Below the pieces are notes generated by a model, which saw nothing but the letters and a program-made list of their open reading frames with translations, was not told where the DNA came from and did not search any database. A stretch of 64,000 bases of DNA from Lytechinus pictus (Eukaryota): positions 8,060,001 through 8,124,000 of the forward strand of contig NC_087252.1 in assembly GCF_037042905.1 (NCBI RefSeq). The letters run 5' to 3'. The translations under genes and the position numbers were made by a program. Below are positions 12,101 to 25,125 of the stretch, one piece after another. Numbering within the stretch: the stretch's first letter is position 1; every line of letters starts with the position of its first letter.

Positions 12101-15100
12101 TCATCACCATCGTCATCATCATCAGCAGCATCATCATTGTCATCATCATCATCATCGTCGTCATCATCATCATCATCATCATCACTACCATTGTCATGAT
12201 CGTCATCACCATGGCCCGTATTCTGAAGTCGTGTTTAACTTAAACGCAGGTTTAAAGTTGTGGTTTAAGTATGGGAGCCAATTGTTACATAAATCACTTA
12301 CAGCAGAGATATCATACTTCAGCTCATTTGGCTATCAAATCATTCATAATTGTCTAGGAAGTATAAATAGATGATTGTCTTCACCATCGATGAATCAGGA
12401 AAGAGCACAGTAAACATAAGAAACACAACTTAATACAAATTTTGATACTTTTGGCTTCCCATACTTAAACTACAACTTTAAACCTGAGTTTAAGTTAAAC
12501 CCGACTTCAGAAAACGGGCCCTTAAGGACGTTCCACAGTTAAAGTGAAATCCATGTCATTTTCACCAAACTTTGCACATAGATACTTTAGAACCTTAATA
12601 TTCGAAATATGCAAAAATTAACATAGGTCCATGTGCTTGATTTTTTTGCTATTAAGAATTGCGCATTCAAAAGAATTTGGCATTTTTAGACCGCCCAAAA
12701 TTACTACAATGAGTTTAAACCTCTATTATTCAGTCAAAATACATGAAAAAGTCATCAAATTTCGCAAGAGAGTTAATAATTGTATAATTAGAATGGAGAA
12801 TCTATTTATAGTCCTATTTGTCTGCAATATTTAGTTTAACAGCACTGTCAGTTCTTAAAAATGGCGTAAAAGATAACAAAATCCCAATCTAAAAAATTTG
12901 AAATTTCAGTAACAAACTACAAACGTACAATAAATGCTGCACTTTATTCGAAATCCATGTCATTTTCACCAAAATTTGCAGAGTTGTAGAGGAAGGTATA
13001 ACTAAGAGGTACAAACATTAAAAACTAGGGGTTCATGTGCTTGTTTTTAAACTATCAGCATTTTTATCAGAGCAAATGTGCTTTTTAAAACACCAAAAAT
13101 GCGCCGAATGCTTTGTATCTAAGTGAAGAAAAAATCAAAACCACTCTACCATTTATTCAAACTCGGGGTAATATTCGTGATTCTTGGCAGCACTGCAGAG
13201 TAAAGTATTTTGAAATTGTAGAGAATTTTTTTTTAATGGTCCATGGAATAATTCCATTTTTAAGCTTCATGAAATAACGCATCGGATTTGCAGTTAAAGT
13301 GCAGAAGATGAGAAAAATCAGCTCATACCCGCAGCTAATTAGTCACCTGTTCATCAATTGTGACGTCAGCGCGCAGAGTGTAAACTATGCGCAGATCATA
13401 ATGCGCACAAACATAACTGTGGAACGTCCTTAAGTCGGGAATTTTCATTTTTGTTTGTTCATTTTATTGTTGAAAAAGAAGAATTTAAGGACGTTGCACA
13501 GTTATGTTTGTGCGCATTATGATCTGCGCATAGTTTACACTCTGCGCGCTGACGTCACAATGGATGAACAGGTGATTAATTAGCTGCGGGTATGAGCTGA
13601 TTTTTCTCATCTTCTGCACTTTAACTGCAGATCCGATGCCTTATTTCACGAAGCTAAAAAATGGAATTAGTCCATGGACCATTCCCAAAAAAACCTCTAC
13701 AATTTCAAAATACTTTACTCTGCAGTGCTGCCAAGAATCACGAATATTACCCCGAGTTTGAATAAATGGTAGAATGGTTTTGATTTTTTCTTCACATAGA
13801 TACAAAGCATTCGGCGCATTTTTGGTGTTTTAAAAAGCACATTGGCTCTAATAAAAATGCTGATAGTTTAAAAACAAGCACATGAACCCCTATTTGTTAA
13901 TGCTTGTACCTCTTAGGTATACCTTCCTCTACAACTCTGCAAATTCTGGTGAAAATGACATGGATTTTTAATAAAGTGCAGCATTTATTGTACGTTTGTA
14001 GTTTGTTACTGAAATTTTACATCTTTTAGATCGGGATTTTGTTATCTCTTACGTCATTTTTAAGAACTGACAGTGCTGTTAAACTAAAAATTGCAGACAA
14101 ATAGCACTTTAAATAGACTCTCCATTCTAACGATACAATTATTAACTCTCTTGCGAAATTTGATGACTTTTTCATGTATTTTGACTGAGTAATAGAGGTT
14201 TAAACTCATTGTAGTAATCTTGGGCGGTCTAAAAACGCCAAATTCTTTTGAATGCGCAATTCTTAAGAACATCAATTTGGGTGAACTTTGAAGCTCTATA
14301 GCAAAAAATCAAGCACATGGACCTATGTTAATTTTTGCATATTTCGAATATTAAGGTTCTAAAGTATCTATGTGCAAAGTTTGGTGAAAATGACATGGAT
14401 TTCACTTTAACTGTGGAACGTCCTTAAACACTCAAGATATATTTTCAGAAGAGAAAAATGGTTAGGGGAATCACCCCCCCCCCCTAGCTGCGTATGATCC
14501 AGCTTTCAGTACTCTGAAAGCCCGTTTCCAAGCGGGTCCTTTGAATTGCGGTGTCCTCACACTCTTGTCACCAAACACTTCGCTTCGCGTTGCCTAGCAG
14601 CACAAAACCCTTTTTTCGTCGGTGAAGGGGCGTCGCGCTATAGAATTCTCAATATTTGGCAGCCTTGAACTTCGAGCCCATATATTGATTTTTATGATGT
14701 CTTTTTACTGTTATTGCCTCTGTGACTGTTAAGTTATTATCATGATTATTACTCAGAGTTCGCTCCTTTACAGCGGTGAAGGGCAAGTGAAAAGCTGTGC
14801 AATATGTCGATAAATATCGTCATAAAAGACCCCCGACAAACATGTTTTCTGAAGACTGGGATTTTGTCAAGTCTATGCTGTTTGGTATTTCAAAGGGCTT
14901 TGAATTGAATCTACCGCCCAAGTCATATGTTAACATTAACATGTCATAACATACATTTCGAATAGATTACAAAGAAATTGCATGCATGCATGTCTTTCCG
15001 GGGGATCCAAATGAACTATGGGAATTGATTCATGCATTGTGGACTAATAACTTAGTAATTATGATATAATAGATTGAAAATGCATTATTGATTTGAATCT

Positions 15101-15923
15101 GAATCAAACAGATGCAGATTCGATTTTCATTAATGTCTATATTGAAGCTTATGATAAAAGGTTAGCTGTCACTCTCTCTCTATTCTTTTTCTCTTCTGTT
15201 TCACACTTAATACCCTTTCTCCTATTCTCATTTCACACCCCTGCCCTTATATCTCACTTAAATATTATTCTAAAAAAATTAAGAAAAGTTTGTTTTCGTC
15301 ATGTCATTTAAAAATAATCTTGTGCTCAAAGTCTGTAATTTTATGATTTCCCCCTTATTTGTTGTGATTGCCGTGTCATTATGTTCTAACGTGTCAAATA
15401 ATGTAGTATATTTTTACTTTTGTAAGTTTAAAGGGTTCTTATGGTATTACAAATGAAGTGGAAATTGTATATATTTTCATCGGGTGAGATGATTATATTA
15501 ATGAAATTGAATTGCATAATCTGCCCTTCTGTTTGAATTTTGTAAAGCTTTTGTATAATCTCATGTCATTTTGTCATTTTTTCTTCTTTAATTCCAGACG
15601 GTGTGGGCGCAACAAAGACTACAATCGAAAACGGCGACCTGCCGGGGCGGACCGCCCTTGTGAACTCAGTCATTACCAACAGACCTTCACTTCCTATCCC
15701 GATGCACAAAGGCAGTTGCCCCTTATACCTCCCCCGACGCCCCGGGACCCCCACCCCCCACGGATGGTGTTTGACACCACGCAAAGACACGACTTCATAC
15801 CGCGGGGAGAGGTGACGAAACCTGAGAAAATAAAACCGGTAAGAATAAAAAAAAAATCACCCCTCCCAATATAGACCCCTGTTACGATAATTATGTACAT
15901 GGAATTGATGGAAAGGCCCTTTT

Positions 15924-15959
<36 letters not shown>

Positions 15960-18900
15960 TTTTTTTTTTTTTTTTTTGGGGGGGGGGTAACGCACCTCCA
16001 ACTGATGAGTGGCATATGAGAGGAGGAAGTGGTCATGGGATCACGTACATGTACTCCGGGCTCCACTTTTGGTGTTGGGGGGGGGGGGCAGGGGAGTGGG
16101 ATAATGGGGGAGAAGAAGAGGAACATTAAGGGAACAATTAGCCCACCCTTATAAATACAATAAAAACAAATGAAGAAGGGGGATTTGATTTTTACACTCT
16201 TGTCCCTTCTTTTCTACCCCCCGCCGGGTTGAGATGCTGGAATGGGAAAAATTATAACACTGTTCCTGTTCGTTGTTTTCCGGAGAAGATACGCCCTGTT
16301 GCTGAACCCCACAACCCTGAAAAGACGCTCTTGTGAATTTACTTTTTATTAAATACATACTGGAAATGTGAATATAAACAATTATTTCATTTTCCATGTA
16401 GATCTGCATTATGCCTAGCTGGCAACTGAAAACGTCAAACTTTCCCGATGAAGGCTTGTCAGTCGAGTTAATTATTAATTGTTCTGTCAATTAATAACAA
16501 GTTTAAAGGAATATTTTACCGATAGAATCTTAGGAATGAACAAACATCAAAAGCTCAGTCGGTAGAGCAGGGGTTTCGGAATCCGGTGACCCGGGTTCGA
16601 TTCCCAAGTAGAGCGCTAGTGCCCTTTGGTAAGGCATTTATCCTCATTACCAGGTCCCTCGGAGAGGACCTTAATCCGTTGGTCCCATGGTTGCTTGCTC
16701 ACAGGCATTCGTGCTCTCTTAGCAGTCAGGTAAAAAAACCTCGGTATAACCTCGGTATTTATTAATGTTAAGAAGTTGATTGCATTCCATCGTAACGGAA
16801 GCAACACATATTTAAAAAAAATCTCCAGTGACATTTTCATTATGATCAAGATAATGTATTAATTATTAAGGTGTTATTTCATTCAATATTTTTCTTTTGT
16901 GTAAACAGGTTGAAAATTACCAACCAACCAAAGAACCACTTGACGGCGAAACAGTTTACAAGGTAACATACCCTGGCCATACACAGTTCCCACAAATCAG
17001 CCAAGCACGGCCACCGAGTAAGGGCTATCGGGAAAGATCGGCAAAGTTCGACCAACGAACGACGAATAAGGAAGAGTTCCGAGCGTGGGCGGCCAAGCCT
17101 TCGGTTGCTTTCGGCGAACTACCATCGTTTGCAGGTATACATACAACCGAACATTAAAGTCGTTATTATGAGCCTGCATAATGAGAAGAAAAAAAACGCA
17201 TTGGTTAAGCAAACAAGATGAGAAACTCAAAGGCCCCTTTAGTTATGAAATGCAAGAGTATGGTTAATTTATATTCAATTGACAATAAAAAGCGCAAGGA
17301 TAATTTTTATCCCCCAATTATATAATGTGAAACAATAATATTTTTGTGTTGTTCTTTGAAGTTTTATTGCAACCGTTATAAATTTTAATAGATCTGATTA
17401 ATAATTCGATTTGGTTTCCATCATGAGCTGCATCTTATTGATAAGGAATATCAGTGTTCATTAATATTGACAACAAATCATAAAAGTTGTTGGTACTCTT
17501 TAAAATCGTTGCAACAATCACTTCAAAGTTTATCGTTAAAATTTCGTTTGAAATCCCTCGTTTTTCAGGTTCCATCTTGTACCCCGGCGACATGACAAAT
17601 CTCCAATCTATGACCCAACAAGACTTCGTAGAAAGACCTATTAATAAATCTGAAATGATCCGAACCGGTGTCGGGAGTAACATTCAAGTGAGAGAAGGTA
17701 TGTCGTGACACACTTCTAAACTTGATCTTGTTTATGTGGCCCAACTCCTTTCATTCTATTTTGCTGTGTCATTATATAATGTGATTAAAAAAAATAAATT
17801 ATCGTGTGCATGGTGTTGGGATTAGAGTAATGGTAAATTTAATCATTCTTTTTTAAATAAAGAATCCTGTAAAGTGAAGAGATTATTGTGAAGCTGAGTT
17901 GTTCCCTTTTAGAGGGGGGGGGGGGGCTGTTTTGCCGTTTTGATTTCGAGTCTACTTTAATTTGGGGGTCATATCAAGAGATTTATAACATGTATAAACA
18001 TGGAAAGCATGGACATTTTCAACTCTTAACAGTTCCTATTGCGCACCTAGCACAATTGAAAAGTACGAATCACGTGTCTTGTCTGAGCTTGTCATTTATC
18101 CCACCGCTGCCACCAAAATGAGGATGATAAACGTAGAAAGGAGTGAAAATCTGTTATTCTATGTATTTCGGGATATATATACATCACAACTGAAAAAAAG
18201 AACGAGTGTGTACTTCCATACACTGCAATAACTCCGGTGTTGATTTAACACCAGCCCGGAATCTATATATGTCCACTCCAGAGAAGTATTGAAACAACAC
18301 CAGTTTGGAATCACACCGATGCTGTTTTAATACTAATTGGTGTTGTATAAACACCTTTCTGGTGTTAGACCAAAACGAAACTGGTGTTGTTTAACACTTC
18401 ACTGGTGTGGACATAAATAGATTCCGGGTTGGTGTTAAATCAACACCGGAGTTTTTGCAGTGTACTTGGATAAATGATTCATAATTTGACGTGATCTTTC
18501 ATTTCATTTGATCAGGAAAATTCGACCACAACACCATCCACAAACTGACCTACAAGGACGTGGGTCCGGGCCACAAATCAAAGAATGCCCGACCTAGCAA
18601 TCAGTATCCCTCCGCAGCAAGGAGGGCCAAGTTCGATGGGGTGACGCAGACGAGGAAAGATTATCCCGGGTACCAGAGCCAACCCTTACCGCCGAAACCC
18701 TGCACGCCGCCTCCCGCGACCATCAGACTTAGTATGGACTCAAAGTAAGTTGAACTGGATCTTAACAATTCTTTAGAGAAAGAAACTTCTAAAAGAAATG
18801 CTCCTCAAAAATTGTATTCAATAAAATAATGATAAAGCTTCGTCTATCAACGAACAGTTCCTTTTGTTTAGGAGGTGGACGTTGTTCATAATAATTTTTC

Positions 18901-21057
18901 CGGGGAGCCGTAATGTCTAAAAACAGTCTAATGCTCGTATGTGCTGACAAATTAAAGGAAGTACTATTGCAGTTCAAAGAAGAATTAATCCATAATTGTT
19001 ATTGAAGTCTAAACGTAATAGTTGATATTGTGCCTTTGTTTATTGTCTTAATGGCTTGCCTATCGGCACCAGAATAGTCTTCCCTTCATCGTGTTTACTT
19101 CAGAGGCAGAGATATACATTTAAAATCGATACAATCATCTGCTTCTGAACTCATCGTAATTGAATCTAGATGATCTTTGTAACGACTGCAATACTTTCAG
19201 GATTGATATGAAATTACTTTCGACTTTTGCTAAAAGCCTCCAATGCTAAAAATGTGCTTTCTAACCCCGGGGGGGGGGGGGCACTCAGTATATAATGCAT
19301 AGTGGGTATGTGCCGCGGAGGGGACCCCCATTTTTACACTCAAATTTCCGTTCCAAGGCATAGCATTTTTGTCTTTTTGAGAAAAAGAACAAAGAAAGCC
19401 GCTCCAAGGCATAGCATTTCCTTCTTATCGAGAAAAACGAAGAAAGAAATCCGTTCCAAAGCTTCGCATATTTTTCGTTACGCCGTTCCGGTCGCATTGA
19501 TCTGCTACAAGGAGCTGCAATTTTGGTGAAAAGCGGCCCGTAGAGCGCTTTTCGACCATCGCCTAAGCGCGAGCGCACCCGGCGGAGGCCGTGCTAGATG
19601 TGTCATGCACGATTGCCCGTTCCATAGGGATGCATACGCACTCACAGAGATACGGAGATCCGTTCCGAGGACCCCCGTTTTCACAAACATTTGTAGTTCC
19701 GAAGCCCGTTCCGAGGACCCTCCTTTTCACAATAAGCCCGCTCCAAGGCCCCCGTTTTTTGCCTCGCCCGCGGCACACCCCTACCACTTTTTTGGTCGAG
19801 TGCCCCCCCCCCCGGGTTTCTAACCCTCCCATCCCATCCCAATAATGAGAATGTCCACGTTGATTTCCGGTGTTATTAATTGTTGAGAATATATTTTGTA
19901 CCGTTGTCTTTATCAGAATTGATTTCGTGACGGAGAATACTCAAGAATTCCAGGGCCATGATGTTCTTGTGAACCCCAAGCCTGCGACAATGAAGAAAGA
20001 TTCAGATACCTACAACCCACCATCCATCAAGTTTGCAACGGATTCCAGTCATAAGGTAATTTATTATATTTGACTCGATAAAAACGTGGTATTTCGGTGT
20101 CGTGCTGGAATACCCCTCTCAAAATAGAATAATGATTTTTATGTTATATTATTATGTTATATTGTGTTCGTATTGTTTGCAAGCGAAAATTTATACATTG
20201 GTCAAAGTAAAACATGTACCTAGCAATTAATGATGTGGTCAGTTTAATACGTACCGTATTTTGTATGAATGCGATAATAAAAATTTAAGAAAACAACTCC
20301 AAACTATTATAATATGAGAAACTATTTGGATTCCAAAAGTTGATGTGCGTATACAGAATCAAGCCAATGGTAATCAAGACATCGCATTATTTTCTCCTCT
20401 CATTATGAAGTTTTCTTCCAGTCATATTTCATCTACTTAGTGTATAGGCCCTATTTGGAATACACTGTATATATCCTGCAGATACTCATTTTAAAATACT
20501 GTTTAGTTCAATTACTCAAATTCTAACTACCACTTTGTATATTTTCAAATCTCCGTTTTCAGGTGGATTATCGCCCGATTGAAGACAAGTCCGCGTACCT
20601 TCAACCCAACCGTCGGCCTCACACCCAAGGTGGCCCCCGCTCCGCCAAGTTCTACGACCAGACAACGAACAATCGCTTCTTCCGCAACTGGGGCGCAAAA
20701 CCCCGCATACGCTACGGCGACTTCCACGAAGCGAAGATATACGTCAAACCCCGAGGGAAAATGGAAGTGGAGAGCTGGAATAGTCAGACGTACAAGGATA
20801 TTCCGCTTGATGAACCGACGCCAAGCTTCAAACCTCACGATGAGCCTGTACAGAGAATGGGAAAACAGGACTTTACGACCATTCATAAGGCGACTTACAA
20901 AGGACAACGTCCGCAGATGTGCAAGGCGCGGTTGTATATTCTTCAACAGGAAATGAAACGGCGAAAGGCATTAAAAGAGAGACAAGTGAAAGAAGGAGCA
21001 AATGGAAATACTGGATTACAAGCTGTTGGAAGAACTGCTCTAGCCGGTACTGTTTGA
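9179..21057 (+). CDS. Stabilizer of axonemal microtubules (SAXO/FAM154)-like protein, 520 aa, 7 exons
   Basis: Exons 9179-9282, 15598-15838, 16909-17134, 17569-17697, 18516-18744, 19917-20055, 20563-21057. All are GT-AG with consistent phases; total 1563 nt. N-terminal ISEICECGRC motif (SAXO-type C-x-C-G-R) and ~11 Mn-like repeats (TTQRHDF, ETVYKVTY, TTNKEEF, SMTQQDF, TIHKLTY, TQTRKDY, TENTQEF, SSHKVDY, TTNNRFF, SWNSQTY, TIHKATY) between Pro-rich linkers. SAXO1 vs SAXO2 vs other paralog is not resolvable by eye. Confidence 0.85.
12084..12212. repeat. (CAT)n microsatellite
   Basis: Imperfect CAT/CGT trinucleotide run. Confidence 0.9.
12213..12520. mobile_element. MITE (GGCC termini, Harbinger-like)
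   Basis: TIR ggcccgtattctgaagtcg..tttaacttaaac / gtttaagttaaacccgacttcagaaaacgggcc. Confidence 0.75.
12526..13429 (+). mobile_element. Kolobok-like non-autonomous element, copy 1 (TTAA TSD)
   Basis: TTAA|GGACGTTCCACAGTTA...TAACTGTGGAACGTCC|TTAA; purine-purine terminus with TTAA target. Confidence 0.8.
13489..14423 (-). mobile_element. Kolobok-like non-autonomous element, copy 2, inverted relative to copy 1
   Basis: Reverse complement of 12526-13429 over its full length, with its own TTAA flanks and an extra ~30 bp at ~14268-14300. Confidence 0.8.
14589..14601 (+). promoter_or_regulatory. Second X-box-like motif in SAXO-like intron 1
   Basis: GTTGCCTAGCAGC is one mismatch from GTTGCCTAGCAAC and lies in a locally CpG-rich patch. 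Confidence 0.35.
16552..16810 (+). mobile_element. tRNA-derived SINE
   Basis: A box AGCTCAGTCGGTAGAGC and B box GGTTCGATTCCC, followed by a SINE body (gtgccctttggtaaggcatttatcctc...). No acceptor stem. Confidence 0.75.
18221..18462. mobile_element. EnSpm/CACTA-type MITE
   Basis: ~45-bp TIR cactgcaa.aactccggtgttgatttaacacca; TA flanks. Confidence 0.8.
19266..19816. mobile_element. Non-autonomous DNA transposon with CCCGGG(G)n termini, 8-bp TSD
   Basis: TSD tttctaac on both sides; TIR cccggggggggggg..gcactc; internal ccgttcc repeats. Confidence 0.8.
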
Positions 21058-22718
21058 GAACGCGCTGGGCGTGACTTCGGTCAGTGACTTTCGTAACAAA
21101 ATGGATTCGCATGTTGGCGAACGTTTATATGCGACTATATAGTCGTGCGGTGTTTCGGCGATCTGTATAGCACAGTACACGCTGAATGGACGTGGGAAAG
21201 ATAAGCATGATCATTGTTCGAGAAGCGTTTCACGAAGTGTCACATCACTCAATCTTCTCGGATGAATTTGCTCTCGGCCAATCAGATGCAATGATTTCGG
21301 TAGCTTATCACAAAAGTCAGAGAAAATCACCGACGAGAGACTCTGTGCAGCCCTGCAATTTGCAGTTATTACCAGGCTTTCTTTAGTTTGGGTAATCATG
21401 ATTAAAGTCTAAATGGCTACTTGAGTTGATGAATGAAATAAATCATGATAAATAAGTAATAATAATACAGCAATATGATATGGATCGGTTCTTCCCAGCA
21501 AAAATATGATTTTGCAACAAATTCAAATGAACTTTTATGAATATAAATTGTTACTTTCACACACAATATTTTAAGGTCTGATTTTATATCATCATATTGA
21601 TATTCGTAATTGCAATAATCAATCATTTGACATTAGTTCTGCAAATGATGAATGTTTAAACAAATGCCTTTTTTTTTCTAAAAATTTTCATACAGGCCTA
21701 CAACTAAATATTGTTTTATGATTTGATAAATGAAAGCAAATTGCCAAAGGGATACATTAGTGTATATTTTCGATGCACCACGTACAGTCTCTGACGAAAT
21801 TCGTCCATTGTCGGATAATTTTCGGATCATCGGTTTTCCGGTTTAGATATCCGTCCAGTGTAGTATACTCGTGTTCATACAGATTATATTTTTAGATTTT
21901 ATATTCTGTGGTGAAAATTGTGTGTTGTTGGCAATGCATGCAAATCTGTGTTTTAGTTCTTTTTGCCATGATGGCACTTTTTGGAGCAAGATAAACCTGA
22001 TGATCGTATCAATATTTTCTTATTTGGTATCTCAATATCTAGTATGTCTCCATTCGAATGGTTCAAGGTTTCACAAGAATACTTTATTATCATACTACGA
22101 CTGCTTTCTTGTAGGTCTAATTTTCATGCTATTGTCTTACTAGATTCACCACTGTGATCATCATATCATGTACGATCGTGATGTTTCCCGAGAAAAAATC
22201 ATATCATTAGGAAAGTTCATTACTTTTCCATAATAGTTTGTTTAATTTACATGAAATCGAGGGTGAATGCGAATTCGACATACAAGACCATGTTCGAAGA
22301 AAATGCCAAAATTTTGAAATCCGAAGCATATTTTCTTGTTTCATTATAAAGCGATAATCTTTTAAGCTAAATCATCGTTCATATTTCTTTTATTTATACA
22401 CAGAGATACTTGTAGATAGCATATGGGGTTTGCAGGGTATATAACTTTATAAAAAAACTGTGGAAAATCACTTTCCTTTTTTGATCATTCATCTACATGT
22501 ATTTATCAACATTGTTTCCTATTTTCCAACTCTTTGCTCATTTCCTACGCAGATAAAGTTCATCGATCCCAATGCATGGACCGCGGAACCTGGGGGCTCG
22601 GAAAGGGGAGCCTCCCGTCCCTCATCCTTTTTTTTTCTCAATAAACGTGTAGAAAAAAACTTTAAAATGAACATCTGGTTTAGTTTTTGTATGATAAGCC
22701 AAAATTTCCCAAACCGTT

Positions 22719-22925
22719 CACTCTTAAAACAGATCAGTCAAATTGACTAGACCAGTAGTCAGCTGGGAGCAACTGATATGGCAATCACTGATAGTCACAT
22801 ATCTGACATATATTCTAGTCAGAAATAACTCTATTTTAGTAAAATAGTCAAATATGACTAGAATAACAGTTGCTCCCAGCTGACCCTATTAACCAGTCAT
22901 TTTTTACTGATTTGTTTTTAGAGTG
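22719..22925. mobile_element. EnSpm/CACTA-type MITE
   Basis: CACTCT...AGAGTG termini, 2-bp TT TSD, internal tgacta/tagtca repeats. Confidence 0.75.
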
Positions 22926-23613
22926 TTCCGCGGCCCCTGGATCGTACATTTTTTTAAATTCATACTCTAGATGGCATTTTTTTATATTCTAATAATGGGC
23001 TGTTATCGAACATAAAACATCGCATAACGACTGTGCTGTTATAGGTGAGAAATGGAATAGGGGAATAATAAGATACTGTTATAATTGGGTAATGTCTATT
23101 CTTTTCACCTAAACAAACAGTTTTGATTTGAATTTCTTTCCGAAGCATTGAACCCTTCATGAAATATGATTTTTCTTATTTGCATATTGTTTAAATTTTC
23201 ATGGATGTCTGGCCTATGCTTGTCCATTTTTTGTTCCTGCTGTTTTGATTACGCAGCAAAGAAGTCTCCTCTATTATTACGCGAGTTGCCTTTAATCTAT
23301 AGAATGAAATATGATATATAATGTAAATATTTGATCTAGTATCATCTCAATAATTGATTTCATCTCAAAGAGTCGATATTTTGATTGATTTTATCTGTTT
23401 TTATGCTTAATGTGGCCATTGTTCTGAGTGTGCGTAAAATGTTAATAAACTTTAATGCACTTTACTTTACGGAGTATACCCGCTCTTTTATTTGAGTCTA
23501 TTTACCGGCAAAGCTATTTTAAAGAATCTATGTTGATGAGTATGGGCGTTTCGATCAGAGGTTGTGTGTGCGTACGTGGAGGGGGGGGGGTATTGGATGG
23601 GGAATAATACCTG

Positions 23614-23795
23614 GTGAGTGTTTCATAAAGCTGTTCGTAAGTTAAGAGCGACTTTAAGAGCGACTGGTGAACCTTTCTTACGCGCTAAATAATCACTAAT
23701 GAACATAATGGTGAACCGTCACTTACCACAAGAAAGGATCACCAGTCGTTCTTAAAGTCGCTCTTAACTTACGAACAGCTTTATGAAACGGCCTC
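23614..23795. mobile_element. MITE family A, copy 2
   Basis: Same palindromic sequence as 3119-3301; CTG TSD. Confidence 0.8.
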
Positions 23796-23829
23796 CTGAA
23801 GTGTTAGCATCTCTGAAATGAAAGGGATA

Positions 23830-25125
23830 TTATAAACTCAAAAAAGTTTGGAAATCTGAGTTTGGCCATTAATTTCTCCCAACTCCCAATTTTACACAAT
23901 GCATATTTGATATCATTCAAAATATCATTTAATTCTCTTTAAAATTATACCCTACATGATATGATTATGGTTCACATGGAGGTGCAGTGCCTTGAAATGA
24001 GGGGCAGGGTCAAAATTCAAAAGTTGCAAAATGACACAATATTGAAAGTCACTGTTCTTTTTTTCGTGGTGATGAGTGGGTTTCTGATCGGTTTCTTTTA
24101 TTTTCATGCACCTTAACATTAAAGGACAAGTCCATCCCAATAAAAATTTGGTTTGAATAAAAGGAGAAAAATCCAACAAACGCAACACTGAAAATTTCAT
24201 CAAAATCGGTTGTAAAATAAGAAAGTTATGACATTTCAAAGTTTTGCTGAATTTCACAAAACAGTTATATGCACATCCTGGTCGGTATGCAAATGAGCAG
24301 ACAGATGACGTCACCCACTCACTATTTCTTTTGTATTTTATTATATGAAATATGAAAAATTCGAATTTTCTCCTCATTGTCATGTGGAACAAACTTTTGT
24401 TCCTCCCTGAACATGTGCAATTACCATTATTTTAACAGTTTGTGGTTGAATCAAGTTGGTCCCAATTGTCAAATCTGTAAAAATTGAAATATTGTATAAT
24501 TCAAACAATAAAAAACAAAAGAAATAGTGAGTGAGTGACATCATCGACTCTCTCATTTGCATATCAATGAGTTGTGCATATAACTGTTTTGTGAAAAATA
24601 AGCAAAATTTAAAAATGTCATAACTTTCTTATTTTACATCCGATTTTGATGAAATTTTCAGTGTTATGTTCGTTTGATTTTTCTCTATCCATTCAAATCA
24701 ACAAATTTTTGGGGTGGACTTGACCTTTAACATGGAATCAAACACACCTCTGCACAAGCAAACACATAACTAACAAACAAACATGCATGTGTATTTCAAA
24801 CCATGTTATCTCACAGATCTCCATGTTAATGTTGCTGTTAAGGTGCATGAAAACAAAAGAAACCGCTGAGAAACTCACTCATCACCAAGAAAAAAAAAGA
24901 ACAGTGACTTTCAATATTGTGTCACTTTGCAACTTTTGAATTGTGACCTTGTCCCACATTTCAAGGCACTGCACCTCCATGTGGACCATAATCATATCAT
25001 GTAGGGTATCAATTTAAAGAGAATTAAATGATTCATTGGTATCAATTACACATTGATATTCACTAAAAACGAGGAAGGATTGTCGATCAAAGTCAGATTA
25101 AAACTTTTTTTGAGGGGTTTATAAT
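23830..25125. mobile_element. Foldback element with ~290-bp arms, interrupted by a Kolobok-like insertion
   Basis: 23930-24118 is the reverse complement of 24835-25030 (ccctacatgatatgattatgg..cacatggaggtgcagtgccttgaaatg). Confidence 0.7.
24123..24726 (+). mobile_element. Kolobok-like non-autonomous element
   Basis: TTAA|AGGACAAGTCCATCCC...GGGTGGACTTGACCT|TTAA. Degraded relatives at ~25770-26347 and ~10700-10998. Confidence 0.8.

Noticed and set aside
11994-12374. Poly-Met / poly-His ORFs
   Set aside because: Translations of a (CAT)n microsatellite.
12631-14275. Duplicated small-protein genes (ORFs 12631-12834 and 14084-14275)
   Set aside because: Chance ORFs inside the two inverted transposon copies.
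16552-16625. tRNA gene
   Set aside because: Has A/B boxes but no acceptor stem, and runs into a SINE body.
19230-19845. Cluster of ORFs on both strands
   Set aside because: All lie in or at the edge of a GC-rich 551-bp non-autonomous transposon.
20545-20956. Overlapping ORFs 20579-20956 (+) and 20545-20946 (-)
   Set aside because: Shadow frames of the GC-rich last SAXO-like exon.
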